Shown: piece after piece, positions 18,123-27,942 of the stretch
Layout: each line of letters starts with the position of its first letter
Position numbering within the stretch: position 1 is the first letter of the stretch
From: Bacteroidota bacterium
GTDB lineage: Bacteria > Bacteroidota > Bacteroidia > 2-12-FULL-35-15
Assembly: GCA_040389865.1 (NCBI GenBank)
Contig: JAZJZM010000025.1
Coordinates: 4,421-68,420, forward strand
Direction of reading: 5' to 3'
Length of the DNA stretch: 64,000 nt
Program-made: the position numbers and the translations under genes
Notes under the pieces: model-generated
The model's database searches: none
Told to the model about the DNA's origin: nothing
Seen by the model: only the letters and a program-made list of their open reading frames with translations

Positions 18123-20600
18123 TTAAAATTTAAAATTCCATGTTACTGATGGCAGTATTGGAAATAAATATACCTGCTTTGCTTTCGCTTTATAATCACC
18201 AGTTGCAATACTTCCTTCGTTCGAAAAATAAACGATGTATGGATTGTGACGATTATACACATTGAAAACACTGAAGCTCCAACTGGACTCATAATTTTTC
18301 GACCATTTTTTTGGAACCTCAATCGTGGAAACATCTTTACCCTGCTCTTGATAACGTTTTATTAAACGTTGCTTTTTGCGCTCGATCTTTTTATTACGAT
18401 CAGGAGTAAATGTTGCAGAAAGATCCAAACGATGATATGCCGGCATACGAAATGCATTTCTATCACCATACTCAGTAACAAAATTACCATCAATGATATA
18501 ATAGGCAACAGGCACAGTAATCGCATTTCCGGTGCTGTACACCCATACAGCTGCGAAGGTCCATTTTTTACTTAGATCATAACTTCCCAATAAAGAAACA
18601 TCATGTCGCCTGTCGTATTTTGCATAAAATTCTTTACCTAAATTCAGATCAGGAAAAATACGTTTTGTGTACGATAAGGTATAACCAACCCAACCGTTAA
18701 ATCTGCCCAAGCGTTTTTTTATAAAAAATTCAGCACCATAAGCTTGCCCTTTACCAAATATAAATTGATTATCGGCATTATCATTAATATCAGTGGATGG
18801 CAACGATCCATCTTTATATTCGATCTGATTTTGCAGGTCTTTGTAATAAATTTCAACAGATGTTTCATACGTATTTTCTTTAAAATTCCGGAAATAACCT
18901 AATGAATATTGAGTTCCTTTTTGCGGCTGCACCAGCTGGGAGCAAGGCACCCAGGTATCTGTTGGAAGTGCAACAGCCGAAAGCGATGCAAGATGTATAT
19001 ACTGTAAATTATAGGTATAAGATGCTTTGAGAGATGATTTTGAATTGAACTGATAACGGGCGTTTACACGAGGTTCAAATCCTCCGTAATCTTTCACCTT
19101 TTTGTTGGATGTATAATGTACGATCTGACTTGTTTGTCCATTTATAGGATCTTTGATATAACGATCGAAAGGTCCGATCTGGGCAAAATAGGAATAGCGC
19201 AAACCTGCATGGATCCTTAATTTATCACTTACATCAAAATCATCCGAAAGATAAACAGCAGCTTCATGCGCCTTATCTTTTCTTATTTTCCCAAAATCAA
19301 ATTCTACATCACCCTGCTTTGCGGAAACGCTTGTAGGGGTGAAGGTGTGGAAAATATAATTTGCTCCGAACTTAATTTCATGACGGATGCTTGGGAAATA
19401 ACTAAAATCAACCTTTGCATTCCAATCACGAATACCTGAATATAATTTGAATTCAAAACCACTTTGTCCTGCACCAAAAGAAAAATTATAATCGCTGAAT
19501 ATAGCGGAAGTATTCATAAACAATTTATTGCTGAACAAGTGATTCCAACGCACTACTGCAGTTGAATTTCCCCAACCTACTTTTAAATTAAATTTGGCAA
19601 CCTTGTCTTCAAAATTTAATACATCCCTGCCAAAGTAACCACTTGCAAAGATCCTGTCTTTATCAGATAAACGATAATTCACTTTTGCATTCAGATCATA
19701 AAAATAATAACCCGAATTTTTTAATGGGGAATCCGGCTTTGCAAAAGGTTTTGCAAGCACATCAATGTAAGTTCTTCGGCCGGAAATAATAAATGAACCT
19801 GTATCTTTTTTTATCGGCCCTTGCACAGTTAAACGGGAGGAAATTACTCCAATACCACCTTCGGCATGATACTTTTTGTTGTTGCCTTCTTTCATTGAAA
19901 TGTCGAGCACCGAAGCCAGGCGGCCTCCATATTGCGCAGGCATCCCTCCTTTAATTAAGGTAATGCTTTTTACTGCATCGCCATTAAATACCGAAAAAAA
20001 ACCGAGTAAATGTGATGCATTGTAAACTACTGCTTCATCAAGCAAAATAAGGTTTTGGTCAGGCCCACCTCCACGCACATAAAAGCCGGTATTACCTTCC
20101 CCTGCAGATTTTACACCCGGCAATAATTGGATGGTTTTCAAAACGTCCACCTCACCCATGAATGCAGGGATCTTTTTAATTTCTTCCATGTCCATTTTAA
20201 CGGAACCAACTGAAGTACTCGAAACATTTTTATCACTTTTTTCCGATACCACCTCTACCTCTTTGGTGGTGATCACTTCCGGTCTCATATCCACATTCAA
20301 GCGAATATCTTTATCGAGTACTATTTCTTTTATATAGTTTTGGAAACCAAGGTAGGAGACCACCAAATGATAAGTACCTTTTTCAACAGTAATGGAATAA
20401 AAACCATATTGATTACTGTTTGCACCTTTCAGCAATTCTTTGATGTATACATTTGCTCCTATGCTATACTCGCCTGTACCGGCATCTTTTACATAACCAC
20501 TGATCGTAAATTTTGTTTTTTCCTGAGCATTTAGATCAGAAAAAAAACAAATAAATACTATAGCAAAAAGAAAAAAATGTTTAAACCAAAATTGTTTCAT
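18123..20600 (-). CDS. TonB-dependent receptor with carboxypeptidase-like N-domain
   Basis: TISGYVKDAGTGE, plug DVLKTIQLLPGV...YVRGGGPDQNLILLD, C-terminal WNFKF. Confidence 0.93.
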   Translation of the reverse strand: MKQFWFKHFFLFAIVFICFFSDLNAQEKTKFTISGYVKDAGTGEYSIGANVYIKELLKGANSNQYGFYSITVEKGTYHLVVSYLGFQNYIKEIVLDKDIRLNVDMRPEVITTKEVEVVSEKSDKNVSSTSVGSVKMDMEEIKKIPAFMGEVDVLKTIQLLPGVKSAGEGNTGFYVRGGGPDQNLILLDEAVVYNASHLLGFFSVFNGDAVKSITLIKGGMPAQYGGRLASVLDISMKEGNNKKYHAEGGIGVISSRLTVQGPIKKDTGSFIISGRRTYIDVLAKPFAKPDSPLKNSGYYFYDLNAKVNYRLSDKDRIFASGYFGRDVLNFEDKVAKFNLKVGWGNSTAVVRWNHLFSNKLFMNTSAIFSDYNFSFGAGQSGFEFKLYSGIRDWNAKVDFSYFPSIRHEIKFGANYIFHTFTPTSVSAKQGDVEFDFGKIRKDKAHEAAVYLSDDFDVSDKLRIHAGLRYSYFAQIGPFDRYIKDPINGQTSQIVHYTSNKKVKDYGGFEPRVNARYQFNSKSSLKASYTYNLQYIHLASLSAVALPTDTWVPCSQLVQPQKGTQYSLGYFRNFKENTYETSVEIYYKDLQNQIEYKDGSLPSTDINDNADNQFIFGKGQAYGAEFFIKKRLGRFNGWVGYTLSYTKRIFPDLNLGKEFYAKYDRRHDVSLLGSYDLSKKWTFAAVWVYSTGNAITVPVAYYIIDGNFVTEYGDRNAFRMPAYHRLDLSATFTPDRNKKIERKKQRLIKRYQEQGKDVSTIEVPKKWSKNYESSWSFSVFNVYNRHNPYIVYFSNEGSIATGDYKAKAKQVYLFPILPSVTWNFKF

Positions 20601-20634
20601 AAAAAAATACCAATTAAAATTTGGGCTTGTGAAC

Positions 20635-21092
20635 GCCTGCCCAAGGTCTTCGATGGTTCGACAAAAAGCTCAGCACTGGCCTACTCAGACTAACCGTGCG
20701 CTGGTCATTTCGAGCTTGTCGAGAAATTGTGTGTAAGCATTTTAACCATAAAACTTCGTTGTAAACATTATAATGTATTTTAAATTATACAAAGTCTAAT
20801 AATATCGTGCAAAATTATAGAGTTTTTCCGATTTAGGTGCTTTCTTAGTTTATATTTTACAAATGATCTTAATCAAATTTCTTTCAGGTGTTATGTTCAT
20901 TCATAATTAAATATCGCTTTTAAAGCCATCGCAAATATTTCGACAGGCTCAATATGACCAGCGCGCAGTCAGTCTGAGCTTGTCGAAGACCTTGGGCAGG
21001 CTTCCTGTTAGAAAAGTCCTTAAATAATGACATTGAATGCTAAGCTCAATATGCACCGTTCGCTTCAGTCTGAATTTGTCAAAGACTTTGGG
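20635..21092. repeat. Cluster of GTCA-N4-GAGCTTGTCGA-N4 REP-like doublets
   Basis: 20635-20728 and 20930-21001 are inverted copies of one another (GCCTGCCCAAGGTCTTCGA...); degenerate third copy 21042-21092. Confidence 0.8.
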
Positions 21093-21155
21093 AGCAATCG
21101 CTTTTATTGCCGGCCTGTTTAGAGATACAAAAAATTGATTGGAGTAAAAAAAATG

Positions 21156-21189
21156 AACCCTAACAGGGGCTTAAAGCCCTGTCAGGGTT
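21156..21189. repeat. CCTAACAG/CTGTCAGG palindrome, possible terminator of mltF
   Basis: AACCCTAACAGGGGCTTAAAGCCCTGTCAGGGTT. Confidence 0.6.
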
Positions 21190-21225
21190 ATATCATAAAA
21201 GAAAAAGGGACTACAATTGTGATAA

Positions 21226-22740
21226 TTAATTCCCTACAAAACTTACATTATTTTGTTGAACGTTTTTGTAATTTTCGTAGCGGTTCAAAATTTCTTTAAC
21301 ATACATAAACGTTTCCTGACCTCTGCAATAACCACATTTTACTACCGGATCGTTGTAGATCATCGGGTTCGATTTTTGCAGTACCATGTACTCAACATTG
21401 TGAAACCACAAATTAGGATCTTTTCCATACTTTGAAGCAAGGTTACGCGCATCGATCACATGACCTAATCCAACGTTATAAGAGGCGAGAATAAACTTTA
21501 TGCGCTCCTCCTTATACGAGATCCGATGTTTCCAGTATTTATCCAGATCCGAAATATAACTTGTTCCTGCTTTAATACTTTGCTCAGCTGTTTGGGAAGT
21601 ACTATCAAGGCCGTAATGTTTGGCTGTTCCCGGGACAAGCTGCATGAGACCATTTGCGCCCGCCCAGGACTGGGCAGTGGCAATAAAATGTGATTCCTGA
21701 TACACCATAGAAGCTAGTAGTTGCCAGTCCCAACCTATTTTTTCGCTGTATACTTTAAACATGTCGTCATATTGCGATATATTACCACCTCTATACGAAA
21801 AACGATTGTTTTCAGCCCTGTTCACCGTTTTTTTTGCACTTTTAAAATATTTAGTGTAGGCTAAAGTCGATTCATTGGATTTTTTTATTTTCTCCATCCA
21901 CTTGTTTAATTCCTGATTTAAAAGAGGAGATTTTTTTCGTATTGCCCAGGCGATCTGTTGCGGAAAACTGATCGGTGTTTCTATATCAATATTCGAGTAA
22001 TAGGTTTGGTTATTAAGGGCTATATTTTCGTCCGCTACCGTATAATCAATTTCTCCCCTGGCAACTCTCCTTATCAATTCCTCGGTATCCACTCCACCCG
22101 AAACTTCAGTAATATTAATTTTTCCACCAATTTCTTCCGACAGACTAACCAGTCTGGTGTAAAAAGAAGAGCCTTTCCGAACATCTATATTTTTTCCATC
22201 AAGGTCAAGAATATTTCTGATCAATTTTTTATTCAATTTAGTTTGGTCAAGGGTTTCCCAATTATCGGGTTTCCGCTGAATAAGAACTTGCCGGGTTAAC
22301 ATTAAAGGTTCTGTAAAATCCACCATGGCCAATCTTTCCTGGGTAACTGTTAAATTAGCTGCTATAATATCAACATCACCTTTATTAAGTTGATTAAAAA
22401 TAGAGTTCATGTCTTTAACAATTACCAATTCAAGTGTAACCCCTATGTTTTTAGCGAATGAATTCAACAATTCGAATTCGAAGCCCATAGAGTCACCTTT
22501 GTAAATGTAAAAACCTGTTGAACTATTTTCAGTTAGGACAATAAGTTTTCCCCGTTTTTTTATTTGATCCAGATCGAAGTTAACACAGTATATAGAATCG
22601 TTTTGCGAATTCGGATCAATTCGGCTTGAAAAGTCAAACGGATAAATGCATATTATTCCGTAAAGAATAATTAGTGATAAAGCGAATTTATTTTTGGGAT
22701 CTGAAAAAATCATAATACCCTCCTTTTTTTTAAAGAACAC
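21226..22740 (-). CDS. mltF: Membrane-bound lytic murein transglycosylase F-like (SBP + SLT domains)
   Basis: GFEFELL..FA, DFTEP; SLT motifs YQESHF, GANGLMQL, ASYNVG. Confidence 0.88.
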   Translation of the reverse strand: MFFKKKEGIMIFSDPKNKFALSLIILYGIICIYPFDFSSRIDPNSQNDSIYCVNFDLDQIKKRGKLIVLTENSSTGFYIYKGDSMGFEFELLNSFAKNIGVTLELVIVKDMNSIFNQLNKGDVDIIAANLTVTQERLAMVDFTEPLMLTRQVLIQRKPDNWETLDQTKLNKKLIRNILDLDGKNIDVRKGSSFYTRLVSLSEEIGGKINITEVSGGVDTEELIRRVARGEIDYTVADENIALNNQTYYSNIDIETPISFPQQIAWAIRKKSPLLNQELNKWMEKIKKSNESTLAYTKYFKSAKKTVNRAENNRFSYRGGNISQYDDMFKVYSEKIGWDWQLLASMVYQESHFIATAQSWAGANGLMQLVPGTAKHYGLDSTSQTAEQSIKAGTSYISDLDKYWKHRISYKEERIKFILASYNVGLGHVIDARNLASKYGKDPNLWFHNVEYMVLQKSNPMIYNDPVVKCGYCRGQETFMYVKEILNRYENYKNVQQNNVSFVGN

Positions 22741-22899
22741 AGCTTATTTACGGGATTAAAATACTTAAGTTTCAATTTACCGCCCTTTTGGCCCGATATA
22801 GTTAATAACAATGCTTCCGGTAAGCAGTCGCATTTACTTGATTTAAAACCAGTTACAACATAGAATAAAATAGTTTAATTTTTCCGATATTGCGGACGG

Positions 22900-24237
22900 A
22901 TGGAGAAACAATTTTTACCTTTTAGCAAACAATTTGCTTACGCATTTGGCATGATGGGATGGAGCATAATGATCAATCTCATTAGCGTTCTATTGGTTTA
23001 TTTGTATTTACCGCCTACAGGCAGTGGTTTACCGAACTTAATTACACAGGTTGCCATCTTTGGCATTTTCAATGCTATTGCCATCATCACTGCAAGCGGT
23101 CGCCTGGTAGATGCCTTATATGACCCCCTGATAGCACAATTCAGTGATAGCAATCAAAACCCTAAAGGACGAAGGATTCCTTTAATGAAGATGGCAATAA
23201 TTCCATCCCTGATCTTTTGCTGCCTGGTTTTTTATCCTTTGAAACATGAAGAAAACACTGCTAATATTGTCTGGCTGGCATCAATGCTTATTTGTTTTTA
23301 CGTTTCATCCACTACCTATATTATTCCATACAATGCTTTATTGCCGGAATTAGCACCCACTTCCCAGGATAAGATCCGTTTGGCAACATGGCAATCTGTT
23401 GGTTATGTGGTTGGAATTGGAATAGCCTCCAATGCATTTAACCTTACCGATCTGTTGCAACATTCCTTTAATATTACTTCGCGCATTGCAGCTTTGCAGT
23501 ACACTGTTTTTTTAATGGCGCTGTTAGCCTCAGCATTTATGGCTGTTACTGTATTCGCGATAGATGAAAAAAAATATTGCATCAGCAAACCAAGTATAAT
23601 TCCCTTGAAAGAAGCGCTGAAACAAACACTCTCCAATAAGCAGTTCTTATTATTCATTGTTGCCGATTTTTCTTATTTCATTGCGGTAACCATCATTACA
23701 TCCGGCTTATTGTATTTTGTCACAGTATTACTGGGGTTGCACGAAACCATTGGAAATAAATTAATGATAACAATGGTACTTGTTTCATTTTTGTTTTATC
23801 CAATTGTAATTTATTTTTCCAAAAAAGTGGGTAAAAAAATCATCATCATTTTTTCACTCTCCTTATTATCGATCGTTTTCCTGGGAATCTATTTTTTAGG
23901 AAAAAGCAGTATTGATGCGGAACTTCAAATCTATTTATTGATCACACTTGCTGCCATTCCTTTGGCATCCCTCAATATTTTACCAAATGCAATATTGGCT
24001 GAAATCATTGAAAAAGATACTTTAGACACAGGTGCTAATAAGGAAGGAATTTATTTTGCTGTGCGCTACTTTTTTGTGAAGATCGCTCAAACCTTTGGCA
24101 TTGCTTTATTTGCTATGCTTTTACTTTATGGAAAAGATCCGGGGAATGATTTTGGTATCCGGCTCAGTGGAATTTTAGGTTTTACACTTTGCTTTTTGGC
24201 GGCTATTATTTTTAGTAGGTTTAAAGAGAAAAGGTGA
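22900..24237 (+). CDS. MFS transporter, GPH/MelB-like family
   Basis: About 12 TM segments; DALYDPLIAQFSD...GRRIP; PYNALLPEL; EGIYFA. Confidence 0.88.
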   Translation: MEKQFLPFSKQFAYAFGMMGWSIMINLISVLLVYLYLPPTGSGLPNLITQVAIFGIFNAIAIITASGRLVDALYDPLIAQFSDSNQNPKGRRIPLMKMAIIPSLIFCCLVFYPLKHEENTANIVWLASMLICFYVSSTTYIIPYNALLPELAPTSQDKIRLATWQSVGYVVGIGIASNAFNLTDLLQHSFNITSRIAALQYTVFLMALLASAFMAVTVFAIDEKKYCISKPSIIPLKEALKQTLSNKQFLLFIVADFSYFIAVTIITSGLLYFVTVLLGLHETIGNKLMITMVLVSFLFYPIVIYFSKKVGKKIIIIFSLSLLSIVFLGIYFLGKSSIDAELQIYLLITLAAIPLASLNILPNAILAEIIEKDTLDTGANKEGIYFAVRYFFVKIAQTFGIALFAMLLLYGKDPGNDFGIRLSGILGFTLCFLAAIIFSRFKEKR

Positions 24238-24334
24238 ATTTAGAGATACGCGGTGCGCTTTATATACAAAGATCTTGGTACAAAACCCTTGAAAACATCA
24301 AGTCTAAATACCTTTGGCCAAACACACGAAGTTG

Positions 24335-24499
24335 TTAACGAGAATGGGATATTTTTGTTTTAGGTAAACCCACTGTCTTGAGTATGCGATTAGCTTCCTC
24401 CAACTTGTCTGGGAAAAGTACTTTCTCAGCAAGTTTGTCAAGGGTCTTATTAATTTTGACGATTGGGGTTTTGGATTTATTTAATTCTTTAATTGTCAT
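24335..24499 (-). CDS. Small basic protein (54 aa) not in the ORF track
   Basis: MTIKELNKSKTPIVKINKTLDKLAEKVLFPDKLEEANRILKTVGLPKTKISHSR; TAAATTTG (-7 box) at 24503-24510 just upstream; 12 bp after the stop of 24512-24955. Confidence 0.7.
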   Translation of the reverse strand: MTIKELNKSKTPIVKINKTLDKLAEKVLFPDKLEEANRILKTVGLPKTKISHSR

Positions 24500-24511
24500 A
24501 ATGCAAATTTA

Positions 24512-24955
24512 CTACTTTTTCCGCTTAATTAAAAATGCTTTATACTCTGTTTCTTTACGAAATTGATGCCATTGGTCATCCTTTAAGCCAAATACCTCAA
24601 AGTCTTTTTTTATTTCCAACAAATTATTCGTTATTCCGATTCTGTAAAGACGTGTCCGAGCGTTATTACTGCCTCTTGCGTAAATCCATACGTCCGGGTG
24701 TTTGTCGGTGAAAGCGTAAACTGTAGAAGCAACGGTTGCTAAAACCTCTTGGCTGTCACCGTTATTAGTTATTATGGTGTCGTCAATTTCTCCGGTCTTT
24801 TCATTTTTGTCACCGAAACCCAAATTATAGTAGTCCTTTAAATTGGTTTCGGTGTACTGAATTATTTTTTTAATTCTCCCCTTTGGTCCAACACTTACAA
24901 ATTCAAATAATAATAATTTCCTATCCGATTCGAGTTGATATTTGTCATATTTCAT
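24512..24955 (-). CDS. DUF6934-like protein
   Basis: FEFVSVGPKGRIKK, YNLGFGD, NNGD..VLATV, RTRLYRI pattern recalled for this family. Confidence 0.7.
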   Translation of the reverse strand: MKYDKYQLESDRKLLLFEFVSVGPKGRIKKIIQYTETNLKDYYNLGFGDKNEKTGEIDDTIITNNGDSQEVLATVASTVYAFTDKHPDVWIYARGSNNARTRLYRIGITNNLLEIKKDFEVFGLKDDQWHQFRKETEYKAFLIKRKK

Positions 24956-25054
24956 ATTAGGCTAAATTTACGAACATTTTTTAAATCTAAATCAACTTTT
25001 AAGTTCAGCTCTCATTTGTATTTTTCCATACTTCCATCTCCCAAAAGATAATAG

Positions 25055-25326
25055 CATCCCTGAATATTTTTACCAAATATGTTACTGGCTGAAATCTTAA
25101 AAAAAACACTTTAGATACAGGTGCTAATAAGGAAGGAATTTATTTTGCTGTGCGCTACTTTTTTGTGAAGATCGCTCAAACCTTTGGCATTGCTTTATTT
25201 GCTATGCTTTTACTTTATGGAAAAGATCCGGGGAATGATTTTGGTATCCGGCTCAGTGGAATTTTAGGTTTTACACTTTGCTTTTTGGCGGCTATTATTT
25301 TTAGCAGGTTTAAAGAGAAAAGGTGA
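25055..25326 (+). pseudogene. Duplicated 3' end of the MFS gene
   Basis: 25108-25326 matches 24019-24237 with 2 mismatches; 25055-25107 is a degenerate match to about 23965-24018. Confidence 0.92.
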
Positions 25327-25342
25327 TTTTGGTGAGCGTTCG

Positions 25343-25530
25343 TTATAACGAGTGCAATAACTGTTGCGGGCTAGGAGCTGTGCTGAATTTACTTGCAAAA
25401 GCTGCCCCATAGCACAAATATAAATTAAAAGAGATGATTGAATGGCAAATACAAAATTTCCACGCAGCGACCGCTGAAAAAAGCATTTGAAAATGCAGAA
25501 ACTCCGCATTGCATTTAGGCCATGTTATCG
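25343..25530 (-). other. attC-like site 1 (terminal, arms pair poorly)
   Basis: Minus strand CGATAAC...GTTATAA; interior similar to sites 2 and 3. Confidence 0.7.
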
Positions 25531-25554
25531 GCTCCTCTTCTATTGTTGTCCAAT

Positions 25555-26163
25555 TTACAAATCTATTGTCCTGAAGGTTAAGTTTATTCTTGGTTTGTTT
25601 ATGAGTTTTGTCGGTGGAAGTCGGTGTAGCCAATTTGTTTGCGTTGTATCTTTCATTACCAATAAACTTCCGTGTTCTAAAATCAATGAAATGGTTTCTT
25701 TTGTTTCCTTGTGCTTGAATGAAAATTTGCGTTCTGCTCCAAAACTTAATGAACCGATTGCCCCATTTTTCTTTAAATCTTTTTCAGCATCACTATGCCA
25801 CGCCATTCCTTCATCGCCATTATGGTATAAGTTAAGCAAACAGGAATTGAATTTTTCGCCTGTTTTTTCTTCGGCAATTGATTTTAATTCTAATAATTCA
25901 GTTGTCCAAGATAAGGCTCGTTTAGTTGTGTTAGAATAGGTGTATTCAAAATCGGTGTCGCCATACCAAGCTACTTTTCGTTTTGTAATTATTAGCTTTC
26001 CATAGATAATAGCCTGGTCATTTTTCCATTCGATTGTATTCATTAAAAAATCGAAATAATGATTTGCTTCTTTGTTACTCAGTAGTTTTCCGTAATAATT
26101 TACAATACCATCTTTTGGTAATACGTTTTTTGAACTGTCTATTTCGTTGTTGAATAAATCCAT
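25555..26163 (-). CDS. AlkB-family 2OG-Fe(II) dioxygenase (ALKBH2/3-like)
   Basis: FNSCLLNLY, GMAWHSD, LEHGSLLVM, WLHRLP, RINLTFR. Confidence 0.93.
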   Translation of the reverse strand: MDLFNNEIDSSKNVLPKDGIVNYYGKLLSNKEANHYFDFLMNTIEWKNDQAIIYGKLIITKRKVAWYGDTDFEYTYSNTTKRALSWTTELLELKSIAEEKTGEKFNSCLLNLYHNGDEGMAWHSDAEKDLKKNGAIGSLSFGAERKFSFKHKETKETISLILEHGSLLVMKDTTQTNWLHRLPPTKLINKPRINLTFRTIDL

Positions 26164-26915
26164 TATTTAGTATTTGATAATCCACCATCAATTACAATTT
26201 CTGCTCCGTGAATGTATGAAGCATCTTCGGAAGCAAGAAAAAGAACCGTCTTGGCAATTTCAGATGGTTCGCCAAAGCGTTTAAAAGGTAGCGTTGGCAT
26301 AATACCTGCTACAGCTCCTTCAATTTGGTCAAGTGTTAGTCCTGTATTGTTAAATATATTTGTTTTAATATATCCCGGGCTAATTCCGTTTACTCGGATT
26401 TTCTTTGCCGTACATTCAGAAGAAAATGTTTTTATGAATGATTGCACTGCTGATTTTGCTGCTGAATAAATTGAAAAATTCTCTATCCCAAATTCTGTTA
26501 CAAAAGATGTGTTTAAAATTATAGAACTTCCTGCATTCATTATTGGTAATATTTGTTGAACAGTAAAGAATGTTCCTTTTACTAACATATTAAATAGTTC
26601 ATCAAAGTGAGTTTCGTCCACCATTTCAATTGGTGCAAATTTGCCATATCCCGCATTTACAAATAAAACATCCAATTTATTTGTGTGTATTTTAACCTGC
26701 TTTTGTAATTCAAAAATATCTGATAATTTTCCCGCATTTGATACAAGTCCAATAGCATTTGAACCTAAACGGCTTACTGCTTTATCTACTGTTTCTTGAC
26801 TACGCCCTGTAATGATTACAGTTGCACCTTCATTAATAAATTCTTGAGCTGTGGCAAAACCCATTCCGTTTGTTCCACCTGTAATTAAGGCTACTTTGTT
26901 TTTAAATTTTTGCAT
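26163..26915 (-). CDS. SDR family oxidoreductase
   Basis: TGGTNGMG, VNAG, YSAAK, IRVNGISPG. Confidence 0.93.
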   Translation of the reverse strand: MQKFKNKVALITGGTNGMGFATAQEFINEGATVIITGRSQETVDKAVSRLGSNAIGLVSNAGKLSDIFELQKQVKIHTNKLDVLFVNAGYGKFAPIEMVDETHFDELFNMLVKGTFFTVQQILPIMNAGSSIILNTSFVTEFGIENFSIYSAAKSAVQSFIKTFSSECTAKKIRVNGISPGYIKTNIFNNTGLTLDQIEGAVAGIMPTLPFKRFGEPSEIAKTVLFLASEDASYIHGAEIVIDGGLSNTK

Positions 26916-26934
26916 TTCTTATTTTATATTTAGA

Positions 26935-26981
26935 TGCAAAGATTCACATTGTTGATTAGCTATAAAACCCGAAACTTGCTA
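26935..26981 (-). promoter_or_regulatory. Putative operator plus -7 element upstream of SDR-alkB
   Basis: Minus strand TAGCAAGTTTCGGGTTTTAT-N20-CTTTGCA; same module at 27849-27895. Confidence 0.65.
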
Positions 26982-27830
26982 AATAAACTCTGAATGTGTT
27001 TTTGTTCCTTCCCAACCAATGATGGCTGTTTTTCTTGTATTTCCCCACATATACCCACCAAATATTCCTGAAGATTGAATCACTCGGTGACAAGGAATTA
27101 AGAAAGCAACAGGATTACTTCCAATTGCCGTTCCTACAGCTCTTGAAGCATTTGGATTTTCAATTTCATTAGCAATTGCTCCGTAAGTTGTCAATTGTCC
27201 TAATGGAATTTTTAAAAGTGTTTGCCAAACTTTTAGTTGAAAATCTGTTCCCTTTAAATGTAATTTTATTTGGTTCAATTTTGTCCAGTCGTGTGTAAAA
27301 ATATAGAGTGCATTTTGCTGAATTAAATCAACCATTTGCCTAAAAACAGCATTTGGAAAATGGTTTTTCATTGTTAAAAATGCAACATCTTCCTTATCAG
27401 AAAATGCCATATAACAAATTCCTTTTTCTGTGGAAGCAACTAAAATGTTTCCAAATGGACTTTCTGCAAAACTGTAATTTATAGCTAAATTTTTTCCTCC
27501 ATTTTTATATTCAGCAGGTGTCATACCTTCTATATTGATAAACAGGTCGTGTAAACGACCTGTGCCTGAAAGTCCTGTTTCGTGTGCAGTTTCAAAAAGT
27601 GTTGCTTGATTTTCTTTCAAAAGTGCCTTGGCGTATTCTACTGTTGTGAATTGTAGAAATTTCTTCGGACTTGTGCCTGCCCATTCGCTAAAAATGCGTT
27701 GAAAATGAAATGGACTTAAATGAACTTTCTTTGCAACTTCATCAAGATTGGGTTGTTCCTTAAAATTTGTTTTTATATACTCTATTGCTTCTGCAATTCG
27801 GTTGTAATTGATATTTTGTTGTTCGGTCAT
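26979..27830 (-). CDS. ada: AraC-HTH / O6-methylguanine-DNA methyltransferase fusion (Ada-like, no Zn-binding N-domain)
   Basis: LSPFHFQRIF..WAGTSPKKF HTH; ASRAVGTAIGSNP, active site IPCHRV. Confidence 0.9.
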   Translation of the reverse strand: MTEQQNINYNRIAEAIEYIKTNFKEQPNLDEVAKKVHLSPFHFQRIFSEWAGTSPKKFLQFTTVEYAKALLKENQATLFETAHETGLSGTGRLHDLFINIEGMTPAEYKNGGKNLAINYSFAESPFGNILVASTEKGICYMAFSDKEDVAFLTMKNHFPNAVFRQMVDLIQQNALYIFTHDWTKLNQIKLHLKGTDFQLKVWQTLLKIPLGQLTTYGAIANEIENPNASRAVGTAIGSNPVAFLIPCHRVIQSSGIFGGYMWGNTRKTAIIGWEGTKTHSEFI

Positions 27831-27848
27831 TATCGTCAAATTTTATAA

Positions 27849-27895
27849 TGCAAAGGTCGAAAGAAGTTTATCATCATAAAATCCGAAACTTGCTA
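27849..27895 (-). promoter_or_regulatory. Putative operator plus -7 element upstream of ada
   Basis: Minus strand TAGCAAGTTTCGGATTTTAT-N20-CTTTGCA. Confidence 0.65.
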
Positions 27896-27942
27896 ATGTT
27901 TAGTCTGTCTGTTTGAAGGATGCAGTGTGGTCATAGAGTTGT

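Noticed and set aside
24238-24340. Fifth attC-like site after the 54-aa ORF (stop overlaps TAAC)
   Set aside because: No matching GTTA end or paired arms found before the MFS stop
24019-25326. Duplicated segment as a DGR template/variable repeat pair
   Set aside because: Only two substitutions in opposite directions, the target is a transporter C-terminus, and no reverse transcriptase is in the window
25264-25939. ORFs 25264-25509, 25343-25633 and 25487-25939
   Set aside because: They overlap the attC-like site and alkB in other frames or strands, with no recognisable protein features
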